IMG/VR virus record: IMGVR_UViG_3300043331_001462 | Location: 1 to 40,026 of that record | DNA from: a virus | Direction: 5' to 3' (one strand) | Length of the DNA: 40,026 nt | Shown: positions 1-7,535 of the stretch, piece by piece | Layout: each line of letters starts with the position of its first letter | Numbering within the stretch: position 1 is the first letter of the stretch | Program-made: the position numbers and the translations under genes | The notes under the pieces: generated by a model | The model's input: only the letters and a program-made list of their open reading frames with translations | Told to the model about the DNA's origin: nothing | Databases searched by the model: none

Positions 1-97
1 CCCATGCCTAGAGATCAATCCCGCCGCGCTCGTGACCGCCGCTACGCGGCCGCAGTGGACCGGCAGATCAACGCCATCGCGATCAGCGAGGCGACCG
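1..97. repeat. Terminal direct repeat, copy 1 (identical to 39930..40026)
   Basis: 97/97 nt identity read directly between start and end of window. Confidence 0.95.
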
Positions 98-342
98 GCC
101 GGCCCGGCATCTATGCGCCGGTCGTGGACTTTCTACGTCCCGGGGACACCGCCGAGCAGTGGACGGCGGTCTGCGTGGACGACGACGGCACGCAGTACGA
201 CGACCACGACTGGACGGACTGGCGCGAGCGGCCAGCCGACATGGAGCCGGCCACCAGGCCGCATCACGTCCGGGCGTTGCGCTGGTGCCAGCGCTGTAAC
301 CGGTACGAGGCCCGACGTGAAGGGAGCCCTAAGCGTGCGTAG
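4..342 (+). CDS. Hypothetical protein (112 aa) with C-terminal CxxC
   Basis: ATG at 4. In the circular context it is preceded by GAGGAGGGA (39914..39922). Its stop overlaps the next gene start (GTGCGTAG). Confidence 0.65.
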   Translation: MPRDQSRRARDRRYAAAVDRQINAIAISEATGRPGIYAPVVDFLRPGDTAEQWTAVCVDDDGTQYDDHDWTDWRERPADMEPATRPHHVRALRWCQRCNRYEARREGSPKRA

Positions 343-676
343 CCCTGATACTGGCCGGCCAGTGCCGCCGGTCGTCGTGCTCTGCGGTTCGACGCGCTTC
401 CGTGCCGAGATGACCGAGGCCAACCGGCGGCTGACGCTGCGCGGCTACATCGTGCTCGCGCCCGGGGTGTTCGGCCACGACGGCGACGAGATCACCCCGG
501 AGCAGAAAGAAGCCCTGGACGATCTCCACTTCCGAAAGATCGACCTGGCCGACGAGGTGCTCGTCGTAGACCCGGGGCGGTACGTCGGCGAGTCCACCCG
601 CCTGGAGATGTCGTACGCGCGGCGGAACAACAAATCGATCACACGCTGGTCCGACCTGGGCTGGGAGGTGAGCTAG
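335..676 (+). CDS. Nucleoside 2-deoxyribosyltransferase-like / DUF4406-like small Rossmann-type protein (function tentative)
   Basis: GTG 335 lies 8 nt after GAAGGGAG. The pattern VVLCGSTRF ... LHFRKIDLADEVLVV ... YVGESTRLEMSYA resembles NDT-like phage proteins from memory. Confidence 0.55.
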   Translation: MRSPDTGRPVPPVVVLCGSTRFRAEMTEANRRLTLRGYIVLAPGVFGHDGDEITPEQKEALDDLHFRKIDLADEVLVVDPGRYVGESTRLEMSYARRNNKSITRWSDLGWEVS

Positions 677-678
677 TC

Positions 679-2052
679 GTGGTTAGCCCCGCCATGATCC
701 GCCCAGCCCAGACTGTCGTGCAGCGGATCGCCCGCGACATCCCGCACGAAGCTGCTGCGGCGTGGGTCCACTCAGCCGCTCTCGCCCGGCACGCGACCGA
801 ACTCGGCCTGGTCGAGCAGCGGGACGACATCCCCGACACGATCAAGGCGATCGCCGAGTCACACCCCGCCCTCGCGGGGCTGACGGACCCTGCCATCAAC
901 CGAGCCTTCGCCGTGCCGGTGCCGGACCTGGGGCCGGTGGACGACTTGTGGGCCCGGCACTCGGTGGCTGACCGGCCCGAGCGATGCGACGGCTACCTGC
1001 TCGGCGACCTGTACCAGGCTTTGTCGGAAGAGTCCCGCAAGGGCCGGGCGCTGTGCCAGACTCCACGGTTCGTCACGGACCTGCTGCTCGATCTGGCGTT
1101 CGACCCGGCGTACGAGCGGTGGGGCACCGACCTGCGGGCGATCGACCCGTCGTGCGGTACCGGCCACATCCTGATCGAGACCTTCCTACGGGCCCGTGGC
1201 TACCTGCGCGGCGGGATGGGCCGCTCGTCGCGTGACACCTCGGCGCGACTGCCGCACGGCACCTCACCGGACGAACTGACCGCTGCCGCGCTCGCTGCGG
1301 TGACCGGCGTCGACCTGGACCCGTACGCGGCCCTGATCGCCCGATACCGGCTGCTGGCGTTGGCGTGCCGGATCAACGGGTCCACCCGGTCCCTGGCGCA
1401 GGCGCCGCGGGCATGGTCGCCGCAGGTGGCCTGCGCGAACAGCCTGTTCGACGAAGCCGAGCCGTTGCTGGAGCGGGGCCGCTACCACGTAGTGCTGGCC
1501 AACCCGCCGTACATCACCGTCAAGGACGCGACGTTCAACGAGCGGATCCGCCGCCGGTACGCCGACGTGTGCTCCGGCAAGTACAGCCTGGCGCTGCCGT
1601 TCTTCGCCCTCATGAACGAGCTGCTGGTCCCCGGTGGCTGGTGCGCGCAGATCACCGCCAACTCCTTCATGAAACGGGAGTTCGGCCGCAAGTTCATCGA
1701 GAACTACCTACCCCGCTACGACCTGCGCTGGGTGATCGACACGTCGGGCGCGTACATCCCCGGGCACGGCACCCCGACGGTGATCGTGGCGCACCGCAAC
1801 CAGCCGCCTGTCGGCGGCACGGTGAGCGCGGTGCTCGGAATCCGCGGCGAGCCGCGCGCACCGGAAGATCCGGCCAAGGGACTGGTGTGGACCGCGATCG
1901 CCAGCCAGGTCCGCGAACGCCTCGCGTTCCAGCGGTTAGCAGCCGCAATACCGGTGCCGCCTTCGGCCGTGACGCAACCTGCCGTGCCGGAGCGCGCTGG
2001 CCAACTCGACCTTTTCGACCTTGCCGGAGGGAGCGTGACTAGCGGTGCGTAG
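679..2052 (+). CDS. Gamma-class N6-adenine DNA methyltransferase (orphan, PglX/Eco57I-like core, 457 aa)
   Basis: Motif I DPSCGTGHIL precedes motif IV LANPPYI. A QTPRFVTDLLLDL motif lies upstream. GTG start is 9 nt after GGGAGGTG. Confidence 0.85.
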   Translation: MVSPAMIRPAQTVVQRIARDIPHEAAAAWVHSAALARHATELGLVEQRDDIPDTIKAIAESHPALAGLTDPAINRAFAVPVPDLGPVDDLWARHSVADRPERCDGYLLGDLYQALSEESRKGRALCQTPRFVTDLLLDLAFDPAYERWGTDLRAIDPSCGTGHILIETFLRARGYLRGGMGRSSRDTSARLPHGTSPDELTAAALAAVTGVDLDPYAALIARYRLLALACRINGSTRSLAQAPRAWSPQVACANSLFDEAEPLLERGRYHVVLANPPYITVKDATFNERIRRRYADVCSGKYSLALPFFALMNELLVPGGWCAQITANSFMKREFGRKFIENYLPRYDLRWVIDTSGAYIPGHGTPTVIVAHRNQPPVGGTVSAVLGIRGEPRAPEDPAKGLVWTAIASQVRERLAFQRLAAAIPVPPSAVTQPAVPERAGQLDLFDLAGGSVTSGA

Positions 2053-2527
2053 CGACGGAAACACGGCGTACGTCGACCGCGTTGGCCGCCGGCGCACGCC
2101 AGCCACATGCCACCCGGAGCATCCCTCCGAGGGCCGCGGACTCTGCTACCGCTGCTACCAGCGCGCACGCCGACGCGGCAAGCTGGCTGACTACCCGCGC
2201 GTGAATCGGCCTGCGCAGGACACGCTCGACGACTACGAGCTGTTGCGCTCTGAGGGCTACACCAAGGCGCAGATCGCCGACCGGCTGGGCATGAGCCTCG
2301 ACGCGCTCAGCCACGCGCTGTGGCGCGCCCGTGACCGCAACGAGGCACCGACCAGGTCGACCGCCGAAGACGCAGGTGGCCCGGGCCGTACGTCCCACGG
2401 CCCGGGCCACCGCACACCTCCAACGACCACCACAGCCGCCAGCGGTAGGGCACTCCTCGGCACCCACCGTACGACGGCGGACCGACAGAAATCACGGGAG
2501 GCGAGCGTATGTCCGCCGATGGGGTGA
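2045..2527 (+). CDS. Small HTH DNA-binding protein (sigma region 4-like) with low-complexity tail
   Basis: The segment GYTKAQIADRLGMSLDALSHALWRAR looks like an HTH. An N-terminal CYRCYQRARRRG motif is present. GTG start overlaps the methylase stop. Confidence 0.6.
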   Translation: MRSDGNTAYVDRVGRRRTPATCHPEHPSEGRGLCYRCYQRARRRGKLADYPRVNRPAQDTLDDYELLRSEGYTKAQIADRLGMSLDALSHALWRARDRNEAPTRSTAEDAGGPGRTSHGPGHRTPPTTTTAASGRALLGTHRTTADRQKSREASVCPPMG

Positions 2528-3501
2528 AGGATGTGCGGCCGGTCGGTCGATACGAGTGGGAGCAGATCGTCCGGCGCGCCCGGCTCACGGGCGCGATCCG
2601 CGGCAGCTCGCGCACGGGCAAGAACGGGAAGGCCACCCGCGGCGGTTTGTCGGCAGCCACGGTCAAGGCTGTGGCGTTCGCGTACGCCTCGTACGCCGAC
2701 GACAAGGGGCGCGAGGTACGCCCCGGGGACGCCACCATCGCGGTGGGCCTGGAGTGTGGGCTGAAGACCGTACGGGCGGTCAAGGCGCTGCTGCTCGAGC
2801 TGGGGCTGATGCAGACCGTCCGCGCGGCCAGTCGCGGGCGTGCCGAGGAGTACCGCCTGACGCTGCCCGCCGACCTCCTCGAGCGCCTGGAGGTGCTCAC
2901 GCCGGGACAGTTCGAGATGGCGGCGCACGGCGTCCGGTCGGCGGCGCGCGGGAGGCGTGGCACTCCAACGCCGGTCGAGCCCGAAGAGTTGGGGTGGTCC
3001 GCCGGACACCCCCAACAGGGCGCATGGGGTGGTCCGCCGGACACCCCCAACAGGGTGGCTCGCGAGTCCGGCGGAGCCCCCCAAAAAGCAATGGGGTGGT
3101 CCGGCGGACCCACATGGGGTGGTCCGCCGGACCCGCGTACCGACCAAGACCGCACCAGTACAACTACGACCGACCACTCTGGAGAAGAACTTCGTACGGC
3201 CGTCACCGTTTCGCGCGCGAGCCCGGCCGCACAAGATCGGATTCCCTCGGATGTAGTCGGTGGTGCCCGCCCGCCGGCGGGTCGACCACCCGACAACCGA
3301 CCGCGCCACCGCCCTCGACCGCGTCCCGTGTGGTGGTCCGAGATCGAAGGGCGCGTCGTCCCGCCGCCGGACAGCCCTGGACGCGCGGCGTTCGCTGCCG
3401 CCAGAGCCACGCTCGCGGCACGGCAGGCATCCATGCACCCCACAACGCCCGAACGCGCCCCAGGCGACGCCTGGGACCGCCTCATCGCCCTGACCACGTG
3501 A
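2509..3501 (+). CDS. Putative origin-binding / replication initiator-like winged-helix protein
   Basis: ATG lies 8 nt after GGGAGG. The N-terminal wHTH-like segment is ATIAVGLECGLKTVRAVKALLLELGLM. Four iteron-like palindromic repeats lie inside the gene (2991..3134). Confidence 0.55.
   Translation: MSADGVKDVRPVGRYEWEQIVRRARLTGAIRGSSRTGKNGKATRGGLSAATVKAVAFAYASYADDKGREVRPGDATIAVGLECGLKTVRAVKALLLELGLMQTVRAASRGRAEEYRLTLPADLLERLEVLTPGQFEMAAHGVRSAARGRRGTPTPVEPEELGWSAGHPQQGAWGGPPDTPNRVARESGGAPQKAMGWSGGPTWGGPPDPRTDQDRTSTTTTDHSGEELRTAVTVSRASPAAQDRIPSDVVGGARPPAGRPPDNRPRHRPRPRPVWWSEIEGRVVPPPDSPGRAAFAAARATLAARQASMHPTTPERAPGDAWDRLIALTT
2991..3134. repeat. Iteron-like array: GGGGTGGTCCG(C/G)CGGAC(ACCCCCAACAGGG) x4
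   Basis: Identical 30-mers at 2991..3020 and 3026..3055, period 35 nt, so they are read in different frames. Shorter copies at 3093..3111 and 3116..3134. Each copy is a near-palindrome. Confidence 0.8.
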
Positions 3502-3509
3502 GGAGACCG

Positions 3510-3680
3510 ATGCGTACCAAGAACCGTTGGCCGGACCCGTGGGAGGCCGCCCAGATCCCGCCGCCGCGGGGACGGCTCGCTCGGGCCTGGATGGCCGCGC
3601 GGATCCGCTGGCTGGCGCTGACCGCACGGCGTGACAACCTCGGCCGCAACCAGCGCTCATACGGGGCTAGCAATGGCTAG
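3510..3680 (+). CDS. Hypothetical small basic protein (56 aa)
   Basis: ATG 3510 lies 4 nt after GAGGAG. It overlaps the next start (ATGGCTAG). Confidence 0.5.
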   Translation: MRTKNRWPDPWEAAQIPPPRGRLARAWMAARIRWLALTARRDNLGRNQRSYGASNG

Positions 3681-3963
3681 GTCGCAGCCGGGGTACCCGT
3701 CGCCAGAGCCTGGCATTGGCGGGCTTCCCAAAGTGCCCGCTGGACCAGCGCCGGGAGCAACGGCGCCGTCCCGATACACCAGGGCCGACCAGCAGATACG
3801 AATGGCCGCGCTCACCGCTGCGGCCACACTGATCGCGCCAGCGCTCGCTGAGACGGCAGCCGCGTTCCGCATGGAGTCAATCGAGCAGGTCGGCGGTGGA
3901 GCCCTTCGCCTCGCCGAGCGGCTCGAAGCCTGGATCCGGGAAGGCGGGACCAATGGCGGCTAG
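3673..3963 (+). CDS. Hypothetical protein (96 aa)
   Basis: Internal ATG of ORF 3631..3963, coupled to the upstream stop. GC3-rich. Confidence 0.55.
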   Translation: MARSQPGYPSPEPGIGGLPKVPAGPAPGATAPSRYTRADQQIRMAALTAAATLIAPALAETAAAFRMESIEQVGGGALRLAERLEAWIREGGTNGG

Positions 3964-4279
3964 CGACGAGCCGATGCACGGCATCGGCGACCTGGCGCTC
4001 GCGCTCGGCGGCAGTGAGGACTCGTTCACCGGCAAGCTGCTCCTGCTGATCGCCAAGGCTGACCCTGATAACCGCGAGCGTCTACGGATGGGCTTCCCTC
4101 GTGCTGTGCGCGCCTGGGAGACCTGGATGGCGTCCTCGCCAGCGCTAACGGCGGCAGAGCTGCTCATTGTGATCGACGGGCCGATGGAGGACGGGTCAGA
4201 TCTGCCCGACTGGGAGCGCGCACTGCTGGTCCAGGAGTGGTCCGATCTCGACACCGAGGGGGATTCCGGTGACCAATAG
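3953..4279 (+). CDS. Hypothetical acidic protein (108 aa)
   Basis: ATG 3953 overlaps the upstream stop region. Coding-like GC3. Confidence 0.55.
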   Translation: MAASDEPMHGIGDLALALGGSEDSFTGKLLLLIAKADPDNRERLRMGFPRAVRAWETWMASSPALTAAELLIVIDGPMEDGSDLPDWERALLVQEWSDLDTEGDSGDQ

Positions 4280-4580
4280 GCACGGCGAGGGCGGCTCTGC
4301 GCACGCCGGCGGATCCTCGACGGCCCGGGTGCCGACCACTACGGACGCCGCCGAGCTGGCCCGGCGAGCCGAGGTAGAGGCCGCCGCGTCGCGGTACCTG
4401 ACCAGGACGGGCAACGCCGACATCCTGCCCATCCTGGGCCTCGACGTTCCGGCCACACGACGCTGTGAGCGCTGCGGCGATCCGGTCGCGTCGCCCCGGA
4501 GTCGGGTGCGGTACTGCGGCCCTACCTGCTCGGGGCTGGCGAACGGCGCCCGGCGCCGCCAGCGCGCTACTGCCACCTAG
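4269..4580 (+). CDS. Hypothetical protein with C-terminal zinc ribbon (CERCG...YCGPTC)
   Basis: GTG 4269 lies 5 nt after GAGGGGGA. Last gene of the early operon. Confidence 0.6.
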   Translation: MTNRHGEGGSAHAGGSSTARVPTTTDAAELARRAEVEAAASRYLTRTGNADILPILGLDVPATRRCERCGDPVASPRSRVRYCGPTCSGLANGARRRQRATAT

Positions 4581-4591
4581 CCATCCACCTT

Positions 4592-4624
4592 GCAGCTTCC
4601 TAGCAGTCTCCTGGCAGCTTCCTG
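4592..4624. repeat. Three tandem 11-bp repeats GCAG(C/T)(T/C)TCCT(A/G)
   Basis: GCAGCTTCCTA GCAGTCTCCTG GCAGCTTCCTG, flanked by CCTAGCCA at 4576 and 4631. Lies in the 190-bp intergenic region. Confidence 0.7.
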
Positions 4625-4692
4625 ACAACCGCCTAGCCACACTGCTGCCTCACGAACCCCACCTCCGCAGCTCGTCAGACCGCATACCGAAC

Positions 4693-4725
4693 GGCCGCTG
4701 TCACCCCGTGTGGGTGGCGGCGGCC
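4693..4725 (+). terminator. Hairpin (14-bp stem with 2 G-U pairs, 5-nt loop), no U-tract
   Basis: GGCCGCTGTCACCC cgtgt GGGTGGCGGCGGCC, downstream of the early operon end. Confidence 0.4.
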
Positions 4726-4771
4726 GAGGCATACCAGGAGATCAAATCACGATGATCAATGTTGTGATCAG

Positions 4772-5857
4772 GTGGTCACCGTGCCCTGGGTGAAGCTCGA
4801 CGACAAGCTGCCGATGTCCGTGAAGGTCCGCGGCCTGGCAGACCCAGAGGCGCGAGGAGACCGTGCCACCGCCCAGCGCAACGAGGCGCTCGGCCACTGG
4901 ACGCAGCTGCTCGCCTGGGTCGGTGCCGAGCGCACCGACGGCTTCCTCACCGCCGACGTGGCCGCCCTCTACGGCACCACCGCCAGCCTCAGACGGCTCC
5001 TGCGCGGCGTATTCGGCCGCTCGGCCCTGCTGCACAGCCGCGGCGACCTCTGCCCGTGCCTGGAAGGTCGCAAGTGGCCGGACGGCGCCGCGTACGCCAT
5101 CCACGACTACCTCGACCGCAACCCCAGCCGCGCCGAGAACGACGTCGCCAAGGCCCAGCGCCGCGAGCTGCGCGACCGCGAGCTGCGTGAGCAGGTACGC
5201 CGGCGCGACGCCGACCAGTGCCGCTACTGCGGCAAGGCGGTGCGCTGGAATGACCGGCGCTCGCCCGAAGGCGGTGTCCTGGACCACGTGCGACCGGACA
5301 TCGCCGCCGGCGCGGATAACCTCGTCGTGGCCTGCCGGGGCTGCAACACACGCAAGGGCAAGCGCAGCCCGGAGGCGGCCGGCATGCGCCTGCGACCCTT
5401 GCCCGGACCTACGACAGAGACCCGACCTATCTACGACGGACCTACGACAGAGACCCGACCTATCTACGACGGACCTACGACGGATTCAGAACCGGATTTA
5501 AAACCGACCACTGATCGGACCCAAAACCGTTCTGAAACCGGCGACAGATCCGACGCAGGTCGACCACCACCCCGCGCAGACCCACTTAGCAGCGCAAACG
5601 GCACCCAGACCGGGCCTTGGCACGCCCAAAATCCGACCTACGACGGCGTCTCAGAACAGACCCGCAGCGCCGGTACTGACGGCCCGGGACGGGACGGGAC
5701 GGGCATCCCTGAGGTAGTAGATCTTGCGTCCTCCGCACGGCTCGGGCCGCCCGGCACACGCCGCACGCCGGCCAACCCCAACCCGTACCTGAGATCCGCA
5801 CTGACCGGGCCCCAGCCGGAAGAGCACGCAGGCCACCCAGCGGAGGACCAACCGTGA
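4772..5857 (+). CDS. HNH endonuclease with N-terminal WVKLDD domain and long disordered repeat-containing tail
   Basis: HNH core is CRYCGKAVRW...LDHVRPDIAAGADNLVVACRGCNTRKGKRS. An alternative GTG start at 4781 lies 5 nt after AGGTGG. The tail has poor GC3. Confidence 0.8.
   Translation: MVTVPWVKLDDKLPMSVKVRGLADPEARGDRATAQRNEALGHWTQLLAWVGAERTDGFLTADVAALYGTTASLRRLLRGVFGRSALLHSRGDLCPCLEGRKWPDGAAYAIHDYLDRNPSRAENDVAKAQRRELRDRELREQVRRRDADQCRYCGKAVRWNDRRSPEGGVLDHVRPDIAAGADNLVVACRGCNTRKGKRSPEAAGMRLRPLPGPTTETRPIYDGPTTETRPIYDGPTTDSEPDLKPTTDRTQNRSETGDRSDAGRPPPRADPLSSANGTQTGPWHAQNPTYDGVSEQTRSAGTDGPGRDGTGIPEVVDLASSARLGPPGTRRTPANPNPYLRSALTGPQPEEHAGHPAEDQP
5405..5481. repeat. 33-bp tandem repeat x2.3 (GGACCTACGACAGAGACCCGACCTATCTACGAC)
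   Basis: Copies at 5405..5437 and 5438..5470, partial copy at 5471..5481. A degenerate related copy CCGACCTACGACGG lies at 5633..5646. Confidence 0.9.
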
Positions 5858-6672
5858 GCGCCGCCGCTGAACTGGTCGAACAGGCCCGGTTGGCGCTCGA
5901 CGAACTGCGGCAGGCTTGGGCCTGGCTACAGCTGCTCGCCGAGCCCGGCCGCGACGGCTCCGACGCCACGGTCATCGACGACGGACGGGCCGAGTCCCTT
6001 GCCGCGCAGGGCATGCAGGCCCGGGCGTACCGCGAGTGGAACCTGCGTAACGGCATGACCGCGCTGCCGCCCACGCCGGCGTCGGCTCGGCTCGGCGTGC
6101 TCGACGCCCAGGCTGCGGTGCACACCATCGTGCTCGACCTCGCCGGCCAGGCCGCCGCGGCCGAGCAGGCCGTCTACGTCGGGCAGAGCGCCGGCGACCA
6201 GGCGGTGACCGACGCGCTGAGCTGGCTCGGCTACCGGGCGCTGGAGCACATCCGCGACGCCGAGCTGGCCGGTACGGTCGCAGCCGGGCTGCAGCGCGCC
6301 AACACCATCGCCCGGCAGGCCGCCCGCGTGCTCGGCGAGGAGCCGACCCAGCCGCTGGAGCAACGCTGCCCGGCGTGCGGCCGCCAGTCCCTGCAGCTGC
6401 ACTACGACCGCGGCGACCTGGTCCGCTCGGCTGACGGCGAGCGTCCCCGCAACCGGTCGCGCTGGTACGCCGAGTGCGTGTCCCAGCGCTGCCGTTGCAC
6501 CGTGGAGGGCTGCGGTTGCGGCATGCGCACCCGGGTGGCCGGGCGCCGTCACGCCTGGGCGTACGGCGAGCTGGCCGACCTATGGCGGGCGATCGAGCGC
6601 GCCCAGCTGCTGCGCCGCCGGCGCATCGACAGCCGGGCCGAGGGGCGCGGCTGGGGGATCCTCGGGGCATGA
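5854..6672 (+). CDS. Hypothetical protein with Cys-rich C-terminal zinc-ribbon region
   Basis: GTG 5854 lies 6 nt after GGAGGA, with a GTGA overlap. Cys motifs are CPACG...CVSQRCRCTVEGCGCG. Confidence 0.7.
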   Translation: MSAAAELVEQARLALDELRQAWAWLQLLAEPGRDGSDATVIDDGRAESLAAQGMQARAYREWNLRNGMTALPPTPASARLGVLDAQAAVHTIVLDLAGQAAAAEQAVYVGQSAGDQAVTDALSWLGYRALEHIRDAELAGTVAAGLQRANTIARQAARVLGEEPTQPLEQRCPACGRQSLQLHYDRGDLVRSADGERPRNRSRWYAECVSQRCRCTVEGCGCGMRTRVAGRRHAWAYGELADLWRAIERAQLLRRRRIDSRAEGRGWGILGA

Positions 6673-6956
6673 GCGCGCTGATCGTCAACGGACAACGGTG
6701 GTGGGACACCGCGCGCGCCTGCGCCCAACTGCGCGTCACGCCCGACCGGTTGCGCGACTGGGTGCGCCGGTCCAAGGCTGCCGGGCACACCACGCCGGCG
6801 ACCTCGTGCGCCCGCTGCGCTGGAGGTGAGGGCGGCTTCCCGCACGTCGACCCGCCGGTGCGCCGCGGCCGGCTGGCCGGCTACGACGCCGACCAACTCC
6901 TCGATGCCGAGCTGCACACGGCGGCCTCGACACGCGGCAATCGGCGGCAGACTTGA
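6669..6956 (+). CDS. Small HTH-like DNA-binding protein (95 aa)
   Basis: ATGA overlap with the upstream stop. WWDTARACAQLRVTPDRLRDWVRR resembles a MerR/excisionase-type HTH. Confidence 0.55.
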   Translation: MSALIVNGQRWWDTARACAQLRVTPDRLRDWVRRSKAAGHTTPATSCARCAGGEGGFPHVDPPVRRGRLAGYDADQLLDAELHTAASTRGNRRQT

Positions 6957-7020
6957 CGAACACGGTCACGATCACACACGCTTGCGCCAGCAGGTGGACT
7001 ATGCCCGCATCCAGACGACC

Positions 7021-7053
7021 ACGACGCCCCGCGGCCACAACGCGGGGCGTCGT
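7021..7053 (+). terminator. Perfect 13-bp-stem hairpin (7-nt loop)
   Basis: ACGACGCCCCGCG gccacaa CGCGGGGCGTCGT, in the non-coding stretch 6957..7188. The 14-bp palindrome AACGCCGCGGCGTT follows at 7077..7090. Confidence 0.5.
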
Positions 7054-7188
7054 GCTGTCCGGGACCGGGTGGCGTCAACGCCGCGGCGTTCCCTCCACAG
7101 ACGAGCTGGGGATACGTCGGGCGAAGGCGCGGCCACGACGGTACGCATTGGCCCGAGCCGCGACCTGCGCGACCCACCTGCGCACACC

Positions 7189-7467
7189 ATGGCCGGGCTG
7201 AAGGGCCGGCGCTGGGCGAACCTGTGCCAGCAGATCCGCCAGTCTTCCGACGTGCACGTGTGCCACTGGTGCCGCAGGATCATCGACCTCGACGCCGAGC
7301 CGCGCACGCGCTGGTCGTTCAGCGTGGACCACAAGGTGCCCAGGTCCAGGGGTGGTGCGCCGTACGAGCGCAGCAACCTGGCCACTGCGCACTACGGGTG
7401 CAACTCGAGCAAGGGCGCGAGGAGCATGAGCAGCAGGCCAAAGCGCATGTCGCGGGGCTGGCACTGA
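7189..7467 (+). CDS. HNH endonuclease (92 aa), terminase-associated position
   Basis: CHWCRR...DHKVPRSRGG...NLATAHYGCNSSKG. It sits immediately upstream of the terminase genes, as in HK97-like cos phages. Confidence 0.85.
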   Translation: MAGLKGRRWANLCQQIRQSSDVHVCHWCRRIIDLDAEPRTRWSFSVDHKVPRSRGGAPYERSNLATAHYGCNSSKGARSMSSRPKRMSRGWH

Positions 7468-7470
7468 CCG

Positions 7471-7489
7471 ATCGGGCCACCGATTTTTT
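7471..7489 (+). terminator. Small hairpin ATCGG-gcca-CCGAT followed by T5
   Basis: Read directly. Lies just after the HNH stop. Confidence 0.45.
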
Positions 7490-7497
7490 GATCACGA

Positions 7498-7535
7498 AGG
7501 CCGGATGACCCCACGCTCATGGCCTCCCTTTTTTT
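7498..7535 (+). terminator. Rho-independent terminator-like hairpin followed by T7
   Basis: AGGCCggATGA ccccacgc TCATGGCCT, then ccc TTTTTTT (7529..7535). This is the most T-rich spot in the late-gene region. Confidence 0.6.

Noticed and set aside
2991-3134. Possible CRISPR array (repeated 30-mer)
   Set aside because: There are only 2 full and 2 partial copies, the spacers are 5 to 37 nt and irregular, and the repeats are palindromic and lie inside a coding region. This fits iterons, not CRISPR.
2257-3660. Long antisense/alternate-frame ORFs in the ORF track (for example 2257..3660 -, 2307..3497 -, 2331..3680 +)
   Set aside because: Their Arg/Pro/Gly/Ala-rich low-complexity translations are typical of shadow ORFs in very GC-rich DNA. 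They overlap better-supported, RBS-preceded, translationally coupled plus-strand genes. Only the last 56 codons of 2331..3680 were kept, as the gene at 3510..3680.
6953-7201. 82-aa ORF in the gap upstream of the second HNH gene
   Set aside because: It has a TTG start without an RBS. It spans a perfect 13-bp-stem hairpin and a 14-bp palindrome, and its composition is basic and low-complexity. The region was treated as non-coding regulatory DNA.
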